From NCBI GenBank assembly GCA_016179765.1, contig JACPCL010000031.1:341-64340 (forward strand): DNA of 64,000 nucleotides. The letters are read 5' to 3'. Of this stretch, positions 8,346-17,119 are shown in pieces. How positions within the stretch are numbered: the first letter of the stretch is position 1; each line of letters opens with the position of its first letter. Below the pieces are notes generated by a model. It was not told where the DNA came from. It searched no databases and saw only the letters and a list, made by a program, of their open reading frames with translations. Origin of the DNA: Chloroflexota bacterium (lineage in GTDB: Bacteria; Chloroflexota; Dehalococcoidia; Lucifugimonadales; JACPCL1). Made by a program: the position numbers and the translations under genes.

Positions 8346-9305
8346 ATGAAGGCCGCACGATTGACCAGCCCCAGGCGATTTGAATTCGTAGAGGTGGAGA
8401 CGCCGAAGCCCTCGACGGGAGAGGTGCTCATCCGGATGGAGCGCCTCTCCATCTGTGGCAGCGACCTGCGCCACTACGATAGGGTGCTGCCGGAGGAGGA
8501 GTACCCGTGGGAGCTGGGCCGCCCTTGCCACGAATGTATCGGCGTCATAGAAGAGAGCCGCACCAGAGAGCTCAAGGATGGCCAGCGGGTGATCGTCCTG
8601 CCTACGACCCGGGGCGGGCTCATGGAGTACCTGGTGGAGAAGCCGTCCCGTATCATCCCCGTGCCGGAGGGCGGCGACCCGGCGGTCTGGCTCATGTGCC
8701 AGCCCATGGGCACGGTGCTCCACGCCTGCCAGCGAACGGGCAGCGTCCTGGGCAAGCGAGTGGCCATTCTGGGGCAGGGGGCCATTGGCCTCAACTTCAC
8801 CACCCTCATGGCCATGCAGGGAGCATCCCAGGTCATCGTCACGGACCTGCTGGACTACCGGCTGGCGCTGGCCAAAACCCTGGGCGCCACGCACTCCATC
8901 AACGCCCGGCGCGAGGATGTGCCCAAGGCGGTGGCGGAGGTGACGGGAGGCGCCATGGCGGACATTGTCATTGAGGCGGCGGGAGAGGAGACTACCCTCA
9001 ACCAGTCATTTTACGTGGTGAAGCGGTACGGCCACGTCACCCTCTTTGGCATCCAGTGGGAAGAGAAGCTGACCCTGGACTTCGCCAGGATGTTTGACCA
9101 GCAGATTACGGTGCTGAACGTCTCCAGCGCCCGCAGCGACAATCCCACGGGGGCCATCAAACAGTGCGTTGAGCTGGTGGACCAGGGCCGGCTGGACCTG
9201 TCCCACCTGGTCACCCATCGCACGGCCTTTGGCGACGTGCAGCAGGCCTACGATACCTACAGCCGCAAGCTAGACAACGTCATCAAGGTGGTCATGAGGG
9301 TGTAG
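8346..9305 (+). CDS. Zinc-dependent alcohol/threonine dehydrogenase family (MDR) oxidoreductase
   Basis: CGSDLRH and GRPCHECIG zinc-ligand motifs, Rossmann motif ILGQGAIG. Confidence 0.8.
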   Translation: MKAARLTSPRRFEFVEVETPKPSTGEVLIRMERLSICGSDLRHYDRVLPEEEYPWELGRPCHECIGVIEESRTRELKDGQRVIVLPTTRGGLMEYLVEKPSRIIPVPEGGDPAVWLMCQPMGTVLHACQRTGSVLGKRVAILGQGAIGLNFTTLMAMQGASQVIVTDLLDYRLALAKTLGATHSINARREDVPKAVAEVTGGAMADIVIEAAGEETTLNQSFYVVKRYGHVTLFGIQWEEKLTLDFARMFDQQITVLNVSSARSDNPTGAIKQCVELVDQGRLDLSHLVTHRTAFGDVQQAYDTYSRKLDNVIKVVMRV

Positions 9306-9494
9306 CCCTATCCTCCCGCTTTGGGCCGCCCGGGTGGGCATGGGTTCCTGGGTGGGGCAAGGAGGGAGAGAAGAAGTGCGCCACCCCCGCTAGATATTTT
9401 GCTAAAAGTGTAGTATTTTATCTTCTTGTGGGGAAGATGTGGCAGGCAGGTGGCTTCTAACACCCTCACTGAGCAGATAATTTACTGAACACTC

Positions 9495-10250
9495 ATGGCA
9501 ACTCAGCGATACACCATCCGGTCCAGGCAGTGCCAGGTGTGCGGCCAGCGCCAACCCCTGGCCAGCATCCTCCCTGCCAGCCTGGTGCGCCCCACGGTGG
9601 TGGAGAGCATCAAGAGCCGGCTCCCAACCTGGAACGGGGATGGCTACATTTGCATCCCTGATATGCAGGCCTTTCAACGCCAGCACGTGAGCGAGATCCT
9701 GCAGAAGGAGCAGGGTGACCTGTCCACCCTGGAGCAGAACGTCCTGGAAGGGATGCGCGAGCATGAGGTCCTGGCCGGAGACCTGAATGCCGAATACGAC
9801 AGACGGCGCACCCTGGGGGGGCGCGTGGCGGACCGCATCGCCGTCTTCGGTGGAAGCTGGAGGTTCTTGGGCATCTTCGCCGTCGTCGTCGCATTCTGGG
9901 TCGTCATCAACGCTGTCGCCTTCCTCGGCAAACCCTTTGACCCCTATCCCTTCATCCTGCTGAACCTTGTCCTCTCCACCCTCGCCGCCGTTCAGGCCCC
10001 CGTCATCATGATGAGCCAGAACCGCCTGGTGGCCCGAGACCGCCTCCGAGCAGAGAGCGAGTACCGGGTGAGCCTGAAGGCGGAGCTGGAGATTCGCCTG
10101 CTGACGGAGAAGATAGACCATCTTGTGGCACAGCAGTGGCAGCGGTCCGTGGAGATCCAGGAGACACAACTGGACATGCTTGAGCAGATGCGGCCCCGCC
10201 AGCAGCGTCGGAAGGTGTCCATCAACGATGTGCTAGGCCGTCCCGCCTAG
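9495..10250 (+). CDS. DUF1003-like membrane protein
   Basis: Two TM helices followed by PFDPYPFILLNLVLSTLAAVQAPVIMMSQNR (from memory). Stop TAG lies in the CTAG flank of a family A element. Confidence 0.65.
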   Translation: MATQRYTIRSRQCQVCGQRQPLASILPASLVRPTVVESIKSRLPTWNGDGYICIPDMQAFQRQHVSEILQKEQGDLSTLEQNVLEGMREHEVLAGDLNAEYDRRRTLGGRVADRIAVFGGSWRFLGIFAVVVAFWVVINAVAFLGKPFDPYPFILLNLVLSTLAAVQAPVIMMSQNRLVARDRLRAESEYRVSLKAELEIRLLTEKIDHLVAQQWQRSVEIQETQLDMLEQMRPRQQRRKVSINDVLGRPA

Positions 10251-10403
10251 CAGGGTGCTGACCTCACCCCCTTGTGTTCCCCCTCTCCTAAAGGGAGAGG
10301 GGGAAGATTAGTTCTGGGGGACACCCCCATCCGCCGCAGGCGGACTCAGGGCAGGCTCCGGGGCTACGCCCCTCTGGACTTCCATTTTTCAGCACCTTGC
10401 TAG
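10247..10403 (+). mobile_element. Family A MITE-like element, CTAG on both flanks
   Basis: CTAG-CAGGGTGCTGACC...TTCAGCACCTTG-CTAG. Confidence 0.75.
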
Positions 10404-10488
10404 AGGCGATGCTCCTCAGACCAGCACCCCCAGGCAAGCGAGCTTGGGGGTGCTGCTACCGTGCTAAACTGAAGGGGAGCAACAAGCC

Positions 10489-10914
10489 ATGATTACCTCC
10501 CACAACCACTCCTCCTTCACCGTCAGCAACCTGGAGCGGTCCGTAGCCTTCTACCAAGCCATCATCGGCTTCCAGGTGGAGAGCCTCTTTGAGGCTCGGG
10601 GCGAAGGCATCCGGCAGATTACCGGCTTCCAGGACGCCCACCTGAAGGTGGCGCACCTGCTGCTGGGTGACTTCCGCCTGGAGCTGGTGCAGTATCTGGC
10701 CCCCAAAGGGGTGGCCGCGGACCTGGCCACCAACAACGTGGGCTCTGCCCACATCGCCTTCTACGCCGACGACGTGGAGGCGACGTACCACCAGATGCGG
10801 GCGAAGGGGGTGCGGTTCAGGAGCACCCCCGTGGCAGGCGCGCCCGGCCGCCCCCGCGTCGCCTACTTCCTGGACCCCGACGGCATAACGCTGGAGCTGA
10901 GCGAGACGGTATGA
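10489..10914 (+). CDS. VOC/glyoxalase-family protein
   Basis: HSSFTVSNLERSVAFY and GSAHIAFY...DPDGITLEL, typical of VOC domains. Confidence 0.8.
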   Translation: MITSHNHSSFTVSNLERSVAFYQAIIGFQVESLFEARGEGIRQITGFQDAHLKVAHLLLGDFRLELVQYLAPKGVAADLATNNVGSAHIAFYADDVEATYHQMRAKGVRFRSTPVAGAPGRPRVAYFLDPDGITLELSETV

Positions 10915-11330
10915 ACCAGGAGACCACCTTTTTCAGCGACGACAAAGCGGGGGTGCTGATCACCGACCAGCGTGTCGTCTTGTGGGGCGTCACTCATCTT
11001 CCCCGCGATATCTCCGCCGCGATCTCCCATCACGCACGGCCCAACCAGGGGTGGGTGCTAGCTTTGATAGGTACCGGCGTGCTCTTGATGTTCCTCGGCG
11101 CATCGGTCACCCAGTTGGCTGGCTTGGGGTTTATCCTCATCGGCGCGGGGATACTCCTGCGGCTGCTCTCCCGAGCGCGGTACGTGGTGCGGCTCACCGT
11201 CCGAGGGGAAGAGATGGAGGTGCTGAGCTCCCGGGATATGCTATACGTGGACGCCGTGGTTGGGGCAGTCACGCGGGCCAGCAAGGCTGCTGGAGGCTGG
11301 CGGCCGCCAGAGATGGAAGAGGAGTCTTAG
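10911..11330 (+). CDS. Hypothetical membrane protein
   Basis: ATGA overlap with the VOC gene. Two central TM helices. Stop TAG lies in the TTAG flank of a family A element. Confidence 0.5.
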   Translation: MNQETTFFSDDKAGVLITDQRVVLWGVTHLPRDISAAISHHARPNQGWVLALIGTGVLLMFLGASVTQLAGLGFILIGAGILLRLLSRARYVVRLTVRGEEMEVLSSRDMLYVDAVVGAVTRASKAAGGWRPPEMEEES

Positions 11331-11697
11331 CAGGCTGCTGACCTCACCCCCTTGTGTTCCCCCTCTCCTAAAGGGGGCCTTGTTCCAAAACTCCTTTGAC
11401 CTCACCCCCTGTGTCCCCCTCCCCTGCAGGAGAGGGGGAATCTGAATCTGGGGACACCCCAGACCCCAGCAGGAAACCCAGGTTTCCTGCACCTTCCTGA
11501 CTTTTGGTGCAAAGCTCCTAAAGGGAGAGGGGGAAGATTAGTTCTGGGGAACACCCCCAGGCCCCCGCCCCTTCACTTCCCCATTCGCTGCCCCTTCACT
11601 GGGTTCAGGGCTTTGGCTCACCAAGGCTTCGGTTCACTCAAGGGCAGGCTCCGAGGCTTCGCCCCTCTAGACTCCCCTTTCTTCCGCAGCCTGCTAG
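11327..11697 (+). mobile_element. Composite of two to three tandem or nested family A copies
   Basis: Starts TTAG-CAGGCTGCTGACC and ends CCGCAGCCTG-CTAG. The CCTCACCCCC and CTAAAGGGAGAGGGGG modules recur internally. Confidence 0.65.
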
Positions 11698-11703
11698 GAA
11701 GCG

Positions 11704-12846
11704 TTAGGTGACCTTCCCGCCTGCTACCTTGAGCATGGCTGCCAGCTTCACCGGTGCGTCGGCTACCAGCGCAGGCTCCGCCGTGGTGATGAGCGCCTGC
11801 TGGTAGGCGGCGGCTTCGGCGAGCACCTGGCACCGCCGGCCGGCGTCCAGTTCGGAGAGCACGTCATCCAGAAGCAGCACCGGCTCCTGGTGGCGCGTCT
11901 CCCGCAGAAAGGACGCCTCGGCCAGCCGCAGCGCCAGGCCAAGGGTACGCGCCTGCCCCCGGGAGGCGTAGGTGGCGGCCAGCATGCCGTCTATGGTGAG
12001 GGTAAGGTCGTCCCGGTGGGGGCCCAGGGAGGTGAGGCCGCTGCGTATCTCCGCCGCTCGCTGCTGGGCCACCGCCCCGGCCATCGCCTCCGCCGCCACC
12101 GATGGGGCGTAGGCTACAGCCATGGTCTCGCCTCCGGCCAGCCCCTGGTAGGATGCCGCCGCCAGGGGCGAGAGTCCTCGCACCACCTCTTCACGCCGAT
12201 GGCTGATGGCGCTGCCCTCCTTCACCAGCTCCCCATCCCAGAAGTCCAGCTCCCCGGCTGCGGCGCGTCCCTCCCGCACCTGGCGCAGGAGGGAGTTGCG
12301 CTGGGCCAGGACGCGCTGGTAGCGCTGGAGGGCGCGGAGATAGGGGCGGTCCGCCTGAGAGATCAGGATATCCAGGAAGCGGCGGCGGCCCACGGGCGGC
12401 CCCAGCACCAGGTCCACGTCGCCGGCGGTGAACAGCACGGCGTTCATCTGGCCCACCAGTCCCGAGGCCGAGGTGGGCGCGCCGTTGACCCGGATCGCCT
12501 TTTGCACCCCAAGGGCGCCATCCCCCTCCCCGGGGGCCAGGCGCAGGCCCACGACGATGCGCAGGCGTCCGGCGGTCTGCTCCACCTCTCCGCTGACGAT
12601 GGTCTGGTCGGCCAGGGCTGCGGCGGGGCCACTGGCCTCGGCGGCCTTCTGAGCCCCCCAGCTTATCATCTCTCGCTCCACGTTGGTGCGGTAGGACTTG
12701 GCGATGGACAGGAGGTACGCCGCCTCCAGCAGGTTGGACTTGCCCTGTCCGTTGCCGCCATGCAGGACGATGAGGCCGGGCGGAAGGTCAAGCTTCAGGC
12801 CGGCGAAGCTGCGAAAGTTGGCCAGGGCCAGGCGGGAGAGGTACAT
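11704..12846 (-). CDS. recF: DNA replication and repair protein RecF
   Basis: MYLSRLALANFRSF...GGNGQGKSNLLEA P-loop; C-terminal LLLDDVLSELD. Confidence 0.9.
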   Translation of the reverse strand: MYLSRLALANFRSFAGLKLDLPPGLIVLHGGNGQGKSNLLEAAYLLSIAKSYRTNVEREMISWGAQKAAEASGPAAALADQTIVSGEVEQTAGRLRIVVGLRLAPGEGDGALGVQKAIRVNGAPTSASGLVGQMNAVLFTAGDVDLVLGPPVGRRRFLDILISQADRPYLRALQRYQRVLAQRNSLLRQVREGRAAAGELDFWDGELVKEGSAISHRREEVVRGLSPLAAASYQGLAGGETMAVAYAPSVAAEAMAGAVAQQRAAEIRSGLTSLGPHRDDLTLTIDGMLAATYASRGQARTLGLALRLAEASFLRETRHQEPVLLLDDVLSELDAGRRCQVLAEAAAYQQALITTAEPALVADAPVKLAAMLKVAGGKVT

Positions 12847-13060
12847 GGGGGGATTGTAGCAGAGAACCTAACCCCTGGCCCCTTCCCCATTCGCTTCGCT
12901 CAGGGCAGGCTCTATGAGGGAAGGGGGAATGTGGGCCAGACGGACATTGAGCATAGGGCAGAGGGGCGGGGAATTGTTTTGGGCGGCCTGGTCAGATTGG
13001 TCCGCTATCTGAGAATTGTTTTCACTTTGGGAGGAACAATTCCTTTCTCTGGCCTGGAGG

Positions 13061-13381
13061 TCAGCGGGTGAGTCTGTCCTGGACGGCCATCAGGCGGGTG
13101 AGGGTGCCGACGGCTTTGATGAGAAGCTCGTCGGGCGTGGTGGGATTGGAGATGAGGGATAGAAGCTTGACGCGCATGAAGGCGATCTCCGGCCTGAGGT
13201 CCCTCAGCTCAATAGCTTCGTGGAGGAGTGCTTCCTCCTCCGGCAGAAGGGCTTTGGCGTAGTAGCCGTGCTTGCGGGCGTTCTGGTTGCCGATGGGCGC
13301 GCCCGGCCCGCGGTGCGGGGTTTCCGGCGCAGCGGCGGTGGAAGGCAATGGGACGAGATGGAGCGGTCCGTTGGTGGTCAT
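13061..13381 (-). CDS. Hypothetical protein with GNQNARKHG motif
   Basis: I prefer ATG 13381. The longer track ORF (to 13537) reads through a repeat module. Confidence 0.45.
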   Translation of the reverse strand: MTTNGPLHLVPLPSTAAAPETPHRGPGAPIGNQNARKHGYYAKALLPEEEALLHEAIELRDLRPEIAFMRVKLLSLISNPTTPDELLIKAVGTLTRLMAVQDRLTR

Positions 13382-13492
13382 AGCATTGCCAGGATACGCG
13401 GCGAGGGGGGGTATGGGGAAGGGGTGGATGGCAGACCTAACCCCCTGCCCCCTTCCTAAAGGGGGAGGGGGGGAGATGGTGGTTGTGATGGT

Positions 13493-13518
13493 GCAGGGCG
13501 CAGCATGCTGCGCCCTGC
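13493..13518. repeat. Family E palindrome variant GCAGGGCGCAGCATGCTGCGCCCTGC
   Basis: Shares the GCAGCATGCTGC core with 50395-50422 and 61933-61960; stem positions changed in a compensatory way. Confidence 0.7.
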
Positions 13519-13549
13519 TACAGAATTGGGCAGACACGCTGGTCTGGCC

Positions 13550-13810
13550 CTACGGGTTGCGGGCGTCCATGGATTCGCCCATGACACCCTCGCCCTGCTC
13601 TGCTAGTATAGCGTTGGTCACCTGACACAGGAGAGCCGCCATGGTCGCGAGGGCTACCCGCGAGGAGTTGAAACAGAGGGCCTGCGCGGCTATTGTGCCA
13701 GGGCACTGCACGGGCTGGCGCGCCATGCACGCGCTCAGCGCCGCCCTGCCCGAGGCCTTCATCCAGAACAGCGTGGGGACGCGGTACGAGTTGTAGGGTA
13801 GTGAGAGCAT
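13550..13810 (-). CDS. Hypothetical Cys-rich small protein
   Basis: 86-aa ORF with strongly GC-biased third codon positions; no recognisable motif. Confidence 0.35.
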   Translation of the reverse strand: MLSLPYNSYRVPTLFWMKASGRAALSACMARQPVQCPGTIAAQALCFNSSRVALATMAALLCQVTNAILAEQGEGVMGESMDARNP

Positions 13811-13818
13811 CTTTTCAG

Positions 13819-13844
13819 ATTGGCCTGTGGCTGGCCAAGCGCCT
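13819..13844 (+). repeat. 26-bp exact direct repeat, copy 1 (ATTGGCCTGTGGCTGGCCAAGCGCCT)
   Basis: Identical to 14761-14786, which lies inside the tyrA-like Rossmann motif. Confidence 0.95.
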
Positions 13845-13918
13845 CACTCTAAAGACCTCACGGGTACGAGGCTATTTCTTTGTTGTATCGTTTATGATAC
13901 ATTGGGGCCAGAGCCTAC

Positions 13919-14155
13919 ATGCCTACTGTTGCAGAAGAAGGGCCGTACCAGTTCCGCATCAATACCAGGGAGCTCCCCTTTGAACCGCCGCATGTGCATG
14001 TCTGGGCAAGCACCGAAAGCCTCTGCCGCATTGAACTCAACGGCGGAGGGTTTATGGACGAGCCCCCGCCTGGGGCGCAGCGGGCCATCTTGGCAGCGTA
14101 CAGGAAGCACGCCGCTATCATGAGAGAAATGTGGGACCGTTTGCATCAGAGGTAG
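13919..14155 (+). CDS. DUF4160-like small protein
   Basis: 78 aa with an EPPHVHV motif (from memory). Lower GC than surroundings. Confidence 0.7.
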   Translation: MPTVAEEGPYQFRINTRELPFEPPHVHVWASTESLCRIELNGGGFMDEPPPGAQRAILAAYRKHAAIMREMWDRLHQR

Positions 14156-14160
14156 GACCT

Positions 14161-14661
14161 ATGGCCCTGGCAACGTACGTAAAGAATGGCGACCGCATGA
14201 TGACCTATGCCCGAGCGGTCAAGGAGGGGATTGAGCTGGCCTTTGCTGACGGCTTCACTGGCCTTGTCCCCTATACAGACCTGCCGGAGATTGGGGAGCT
14301 TGCCAACCTCGCCGCCATTGAACTGCCCAATCCCTACGAGGTCATCCTGAAGAATACCGTCGGTGAGACCTCCGAGTTGCCGTGGGACTTCGCCCGCCAT
14401 TACTGCGATCCTTCCTATGAGGGCCGCGTTATGGCCGTAGCCGCCTCAGGGAGACAGGCCATCGGCAGCCGCATCCGCCGGCTCCGCGAAGCCAGTGAGA
14501 TGACCCAGGCGGAGTTGGCTGCCGCCGCCGGTGTTGGCCGCGTGACCCTAGTGCGTATAGAAAGCGGCGAGCAGTCGCCCCGCTACGAGACCCTCGTCGC
14601 TCTTGCTGCCGCCCTCAGACGGCCCCTGGCAGAGCTCCTTGCGGGGCAGTCACGACAGTAA
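14161..14661 (+). CDS. DUF2442-like domain fused to a C-terminal XRE-type HTH
   Basis: ATG 14161 follows GAGGTAGG. The C-terminal region IRRLREASEMTQAELAAAAGVGRVTLVRIESGEQSP is a classic XRE HTH. Confidence 0.65.
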   Translation: MALATYVKNGDRMMTYARAVKEGIELAFADGFTGLVPYTDLPEIGELANLAAIELPNPYEVILKNTVGETSELPWDFARHYCDPSYEGRVMAVAASGRQAIGSRIRRLREASEMTQAELAAAAGVGRVTLVRIESGEQSPRYETLVALAAALRRPLAELLAGQSRQ

Positions 14662-14700
14662 TCCTCGTAGCCCGACTCTCGCCATAGGACATACCCATCC

Positions 14701-16308
14701 GTGGCAACCGATCTACAGCCTTCCCCCTCGCCCCTCCTCATCGTGGGAGGCGGCGACGGCATTGGCCTGTGGCTGGCCAAGCGCCTGTTCGCCCGCGTAC
14801 CGGGCATGGGGCGCATCACCCTGGCGGACGTCAAGCCCGTGGCCTGGCGCAACGCTCCCGAGGGCGCCTTTCCCGGTCCCCAGCACACGGCGGAGCTAGC
14901 CGGCCTGGATGCGCCGATGGACGCGGTGCGCCTGGACTACGCCCACGCGGCCGATGGCTTTGCCGCCGACTGGGCTCCCGTGCTCACCAGGGCCCCGGCT
15001 CCCTTGGAGCCCCTGCCCCTGGACGACTACCGCCTGGTAATGCTGGCCGTGCCGGAGGAGGCGATGGAGCAGGCCGCCGCCGCCGTCCTGCCACGCCTGC
15101 GCCCTGGCGCCTACGTCTTTGACGTCTGCTCCACCAAAGGCGTCGCGCTGCCCGCCATGCTGCGCCACGCCCCAAAGGGCGTCTCGGTGCTGGGCACGCA
15201 CCCCCTCTTCGGCCCCGCCGTGCCCGACCTGGTGGGCCAGGTCATGGTCATGACGCCCACACCGCGCACCAACCAGGCATTCTACGCCTGGTACCGAGAC
15301 CTGGTGCGCTCCTTTGGCGCCGTCGTGGAGGAGGTCGCCGCCGAGGACCATGACCTGCACATGCTGTTCATCCAGACCCTGGCCCACTTTGCCTACTTGG
15401 TCTTTGGCCGCACACTGGCCCAGGCAGAGCCGCTGGGCTTCCGCCTGGAGGAGTCTTTCAAGCTGAGCACGCCGACTTACGGCATCCTGGCGGCCTTCAC
15501 CGCCCGCATCATTGGGGGTAACCCGCGCCTCTACGCCCAGATCCAGGCCCAGCCCAACGCCGACAGGGTCCGCGCCCTCTTTCTCCAGGCGGCTATGGAG
15601 CTTGCCGGGCAGTTTTCCGGCGAGCAGGCCCAGGTGCAGGCCGCCATTCAGGGGGTGATAGACGCCTACAAAGGCGCCGACGTGGCCCGCGCCTACGCCA
15701 ACTCTCGCGCCCTGGTGGACAGCGTGCAGCAGAGCTACCGGGAGCTGTTCGGACGCAAGCAGTCCGGCCAGCTTACGGTGCTCCAGGCCGGCGACCCTCT
15801 GAACCCGGCGGAGGCGTCCGTTGTCCACGTGGGCCTGGTGGCCGACGTGGACGGCCAGGGCGTGGAGCTGGTGGAGCGCGTTGCTCATGGGGGCGGCAGG
15901 TGGTTCATCGCCTACGACGCCGAGTCCGAGGCCGCCCTGCGCAAGGCGGGCCGTACCCTGCGGCCCAAGACCTCCCGCATCCTGCGCCACAACATCCGCC
16001 GCGTGCTCTCCGCCGAGGAGACGGTGGAGTGGCGGCGCGCTAACCTCCAGCACCACCAGCGGGACGTGTCGGCGCTGGCCGACCAGGCCGTGGACGTGGC
16101 CTATCTGTGCCAGGTGCTAACCAGGATCAACCCTTCGGTCGTGAGCGGGGAGGTCCTGGAACCTGCCGAGGGCGCCTGGCTCCGGCGGTATGGCCTGGGG
16201 AACCGGCTCATCCGCCTCTCCATCTTCGGCGACCGCGACCCCGACGCTTGCCTGGCAGAGGTGGTCAAGTCCCTGCGCCTGTTTGGCGTAAGGGTGGCGG
16301 GGAGGTAG
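14701..16308 (+). CDS. tyrA: Prephenate/arogenate dehydrogenase (TyrA-like) with ~230-aa C-terminal extension
   Basis: GTG start. Rossmann motif IVGGGDGIG; HPLFGP motif as in TyrA. The tail ends in an ACT-like segment (weak call). Confidence 0.7.
   Translation: MATDLQPSPSPLLIVGGGDGIGLWLAKRLFARVPGMGRITLADVKPVAWRNAPEGAFPGPQHTAELAGLDAPMDAVRLDYAHAADGFAADWAPVLTRAPAPLEPLPLDDYRLVMLAVPEEAMEQAAAAVLPRLRPGAYVFDVCSTKGVALPAMLRHAPKGVSVLGTHPLFGPAVPDLVGQVMVMTPTPRTNQAFYAWYRDLVRSFGAVVEEVAAEDHDLHMLFIQTLAHFAYLVFGRTLAQAEPLGFRLEESFKLSTPTYGILAAFTARIIGGNPRLYAQIQAQPNADRVRALFLQAAMELAGQFSGEQAQVQAAIQGVIDAYKGADVARAYANSRALVDSVQQSYRELFGRKQSGQLTVLQAGDPLNPAEASVVHVGLVADVDGQGVELVERVAHGGGRWFIAYDAESEAALRKAGRTLRPKTSRILRHNIRRVLSAEETVEWRRANLQHHQRDVSALADQAVDVAYLCQVLTRINPSVVSGEVLEPAEGAWLRRYGLGNRLIRLSIFGDRDPDACLAEVVKSLRLFGVRVAGR
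14761..14786 (+). repeat. 26-bp exact direct repeat, copy 2
   Basis: Identical to 13819-13844. Confidence 0.95.
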
Positions 16309-16399
16309 GACAGCCCTCTCATCCCAGGTTGGCCTTTCTCCTGTACAATGACATAGAGCTGGAGCAAGGCACACGCCAGAAAGGAGGAGTGGGTTGCCC

Positions 16400-16702
16400 A
16401 TGAGGAATGTACATATCCCGATTCCCAAGGATCTTGTAGCCGAGTTCTGCCAGCGTCATCACATTCGCACGTTGGCTCTTTTTGGGTCTGTGCTTCGCGA
16501 CGATTTTCGCCCAGACAGCGACCTGGACGTCCTGGTTGAGTTTGAGCCAGGGCATACTCCAGGGCTGATATTCTTTGAGATGGAGGCAGAACTCTCCGCT
16601 CTTTTGGGGCGGAAGGTGGACTTGAATACCCCCCAGTTTCTGAGCCGGTACTTCCGTCAACAAGTCATAGGGGAAGCCGAAACCTACTATGTCGCAGCAT
16701 GA
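16400..16702 (+). CDS. mntA: MntA-type nucleotidyltransferase antitoxin
   Basis: GSVLRDDFRPDSDLDVLV NTase motif. Alternative TTG start at 16394. 14-nt overlap with hepT. Confidence 0.8.
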   Translation: MRNVHIPIPKDLVAEFCQRHHIRTLALFGSVLRDDFRPDSDLDVLVEFEPGHTPGLIFFEMEAELSALLGRKVDLNTPQFLSRYFRQQVIGEAETYYVAA

Positions 16703-17045
16703 CGACTACGTGAATTTACGTCACATGCTGGATCATGCCACAGAGGCGGTTGCCCTGTTGCAAGGCATAACACGGGCAGACTTGGACAAAGACCGCGTGC
16801 TCAGTTTGGCCCTTGTGCGTCTCTTGGAAATCGTCGGCGAAGCAGCAAACCGCGTGACTGCTGCCACACAGTCCGAATATCCATTAATCCCTTGGCGGCA
16901 GCTCATAGGACTGCGAAACAGGTTGATCCACGGCTATGATGCCGTAGACATGGACATTCTTTGGACAATTCTGACCGTAGATTTGCCGGCGTTGGTTCAG
17001 CAGCTTGAGCGAGCAATCACTCAACAGCGTCCTCCTGGGCCGTAG
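16689..17045 (+). CDS. hepT: HepT (DUF86) toxin
   Basis: Rx4HxY motif RNRLIHGY. Confidence 0.85.
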   Translation: MSQHDDYVNLRHMLDHATEAVALLQGITRADLDKDRVLSLALVRLLEIVGEAANRVTAATQSEYPLIPWRQLIGLRNRLIHGYDAVDMDILWTILTVDLPALVQQLERAITQQRPPGP

Positions 17046-17119
17046 ACACTATCTAAGGCCCCACCTATTGTGGCCTTCGCCTTCCCTAAGGCATCCTTTG
17101 AAATCAAAGAGGCCCATCC

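Noticed and set aside
5278-11697. Possible CRISPR array, suggested by the many short GC-rich palindromic repeats.
   Set aside because: There is no regular repeat-spacer periodicity. The repeats are heterogeneous modular hairpins dispersed across the window, and no cas genes are present.
13693-13983. 96-aa plus-strand ORF containing the upstream copy of the 26-mer (translated IGLWLAKRL), considered as a truncated tyrA pseudogene.
   Set aside because: Similarity to tyrA is limited to the 26 nt. There is no Rossmann GxGxxG upstream and no homology downstream. The ORF also overlaps the better-supported DUF4160 gene start and the minus-strand ORF at 13550-13810.
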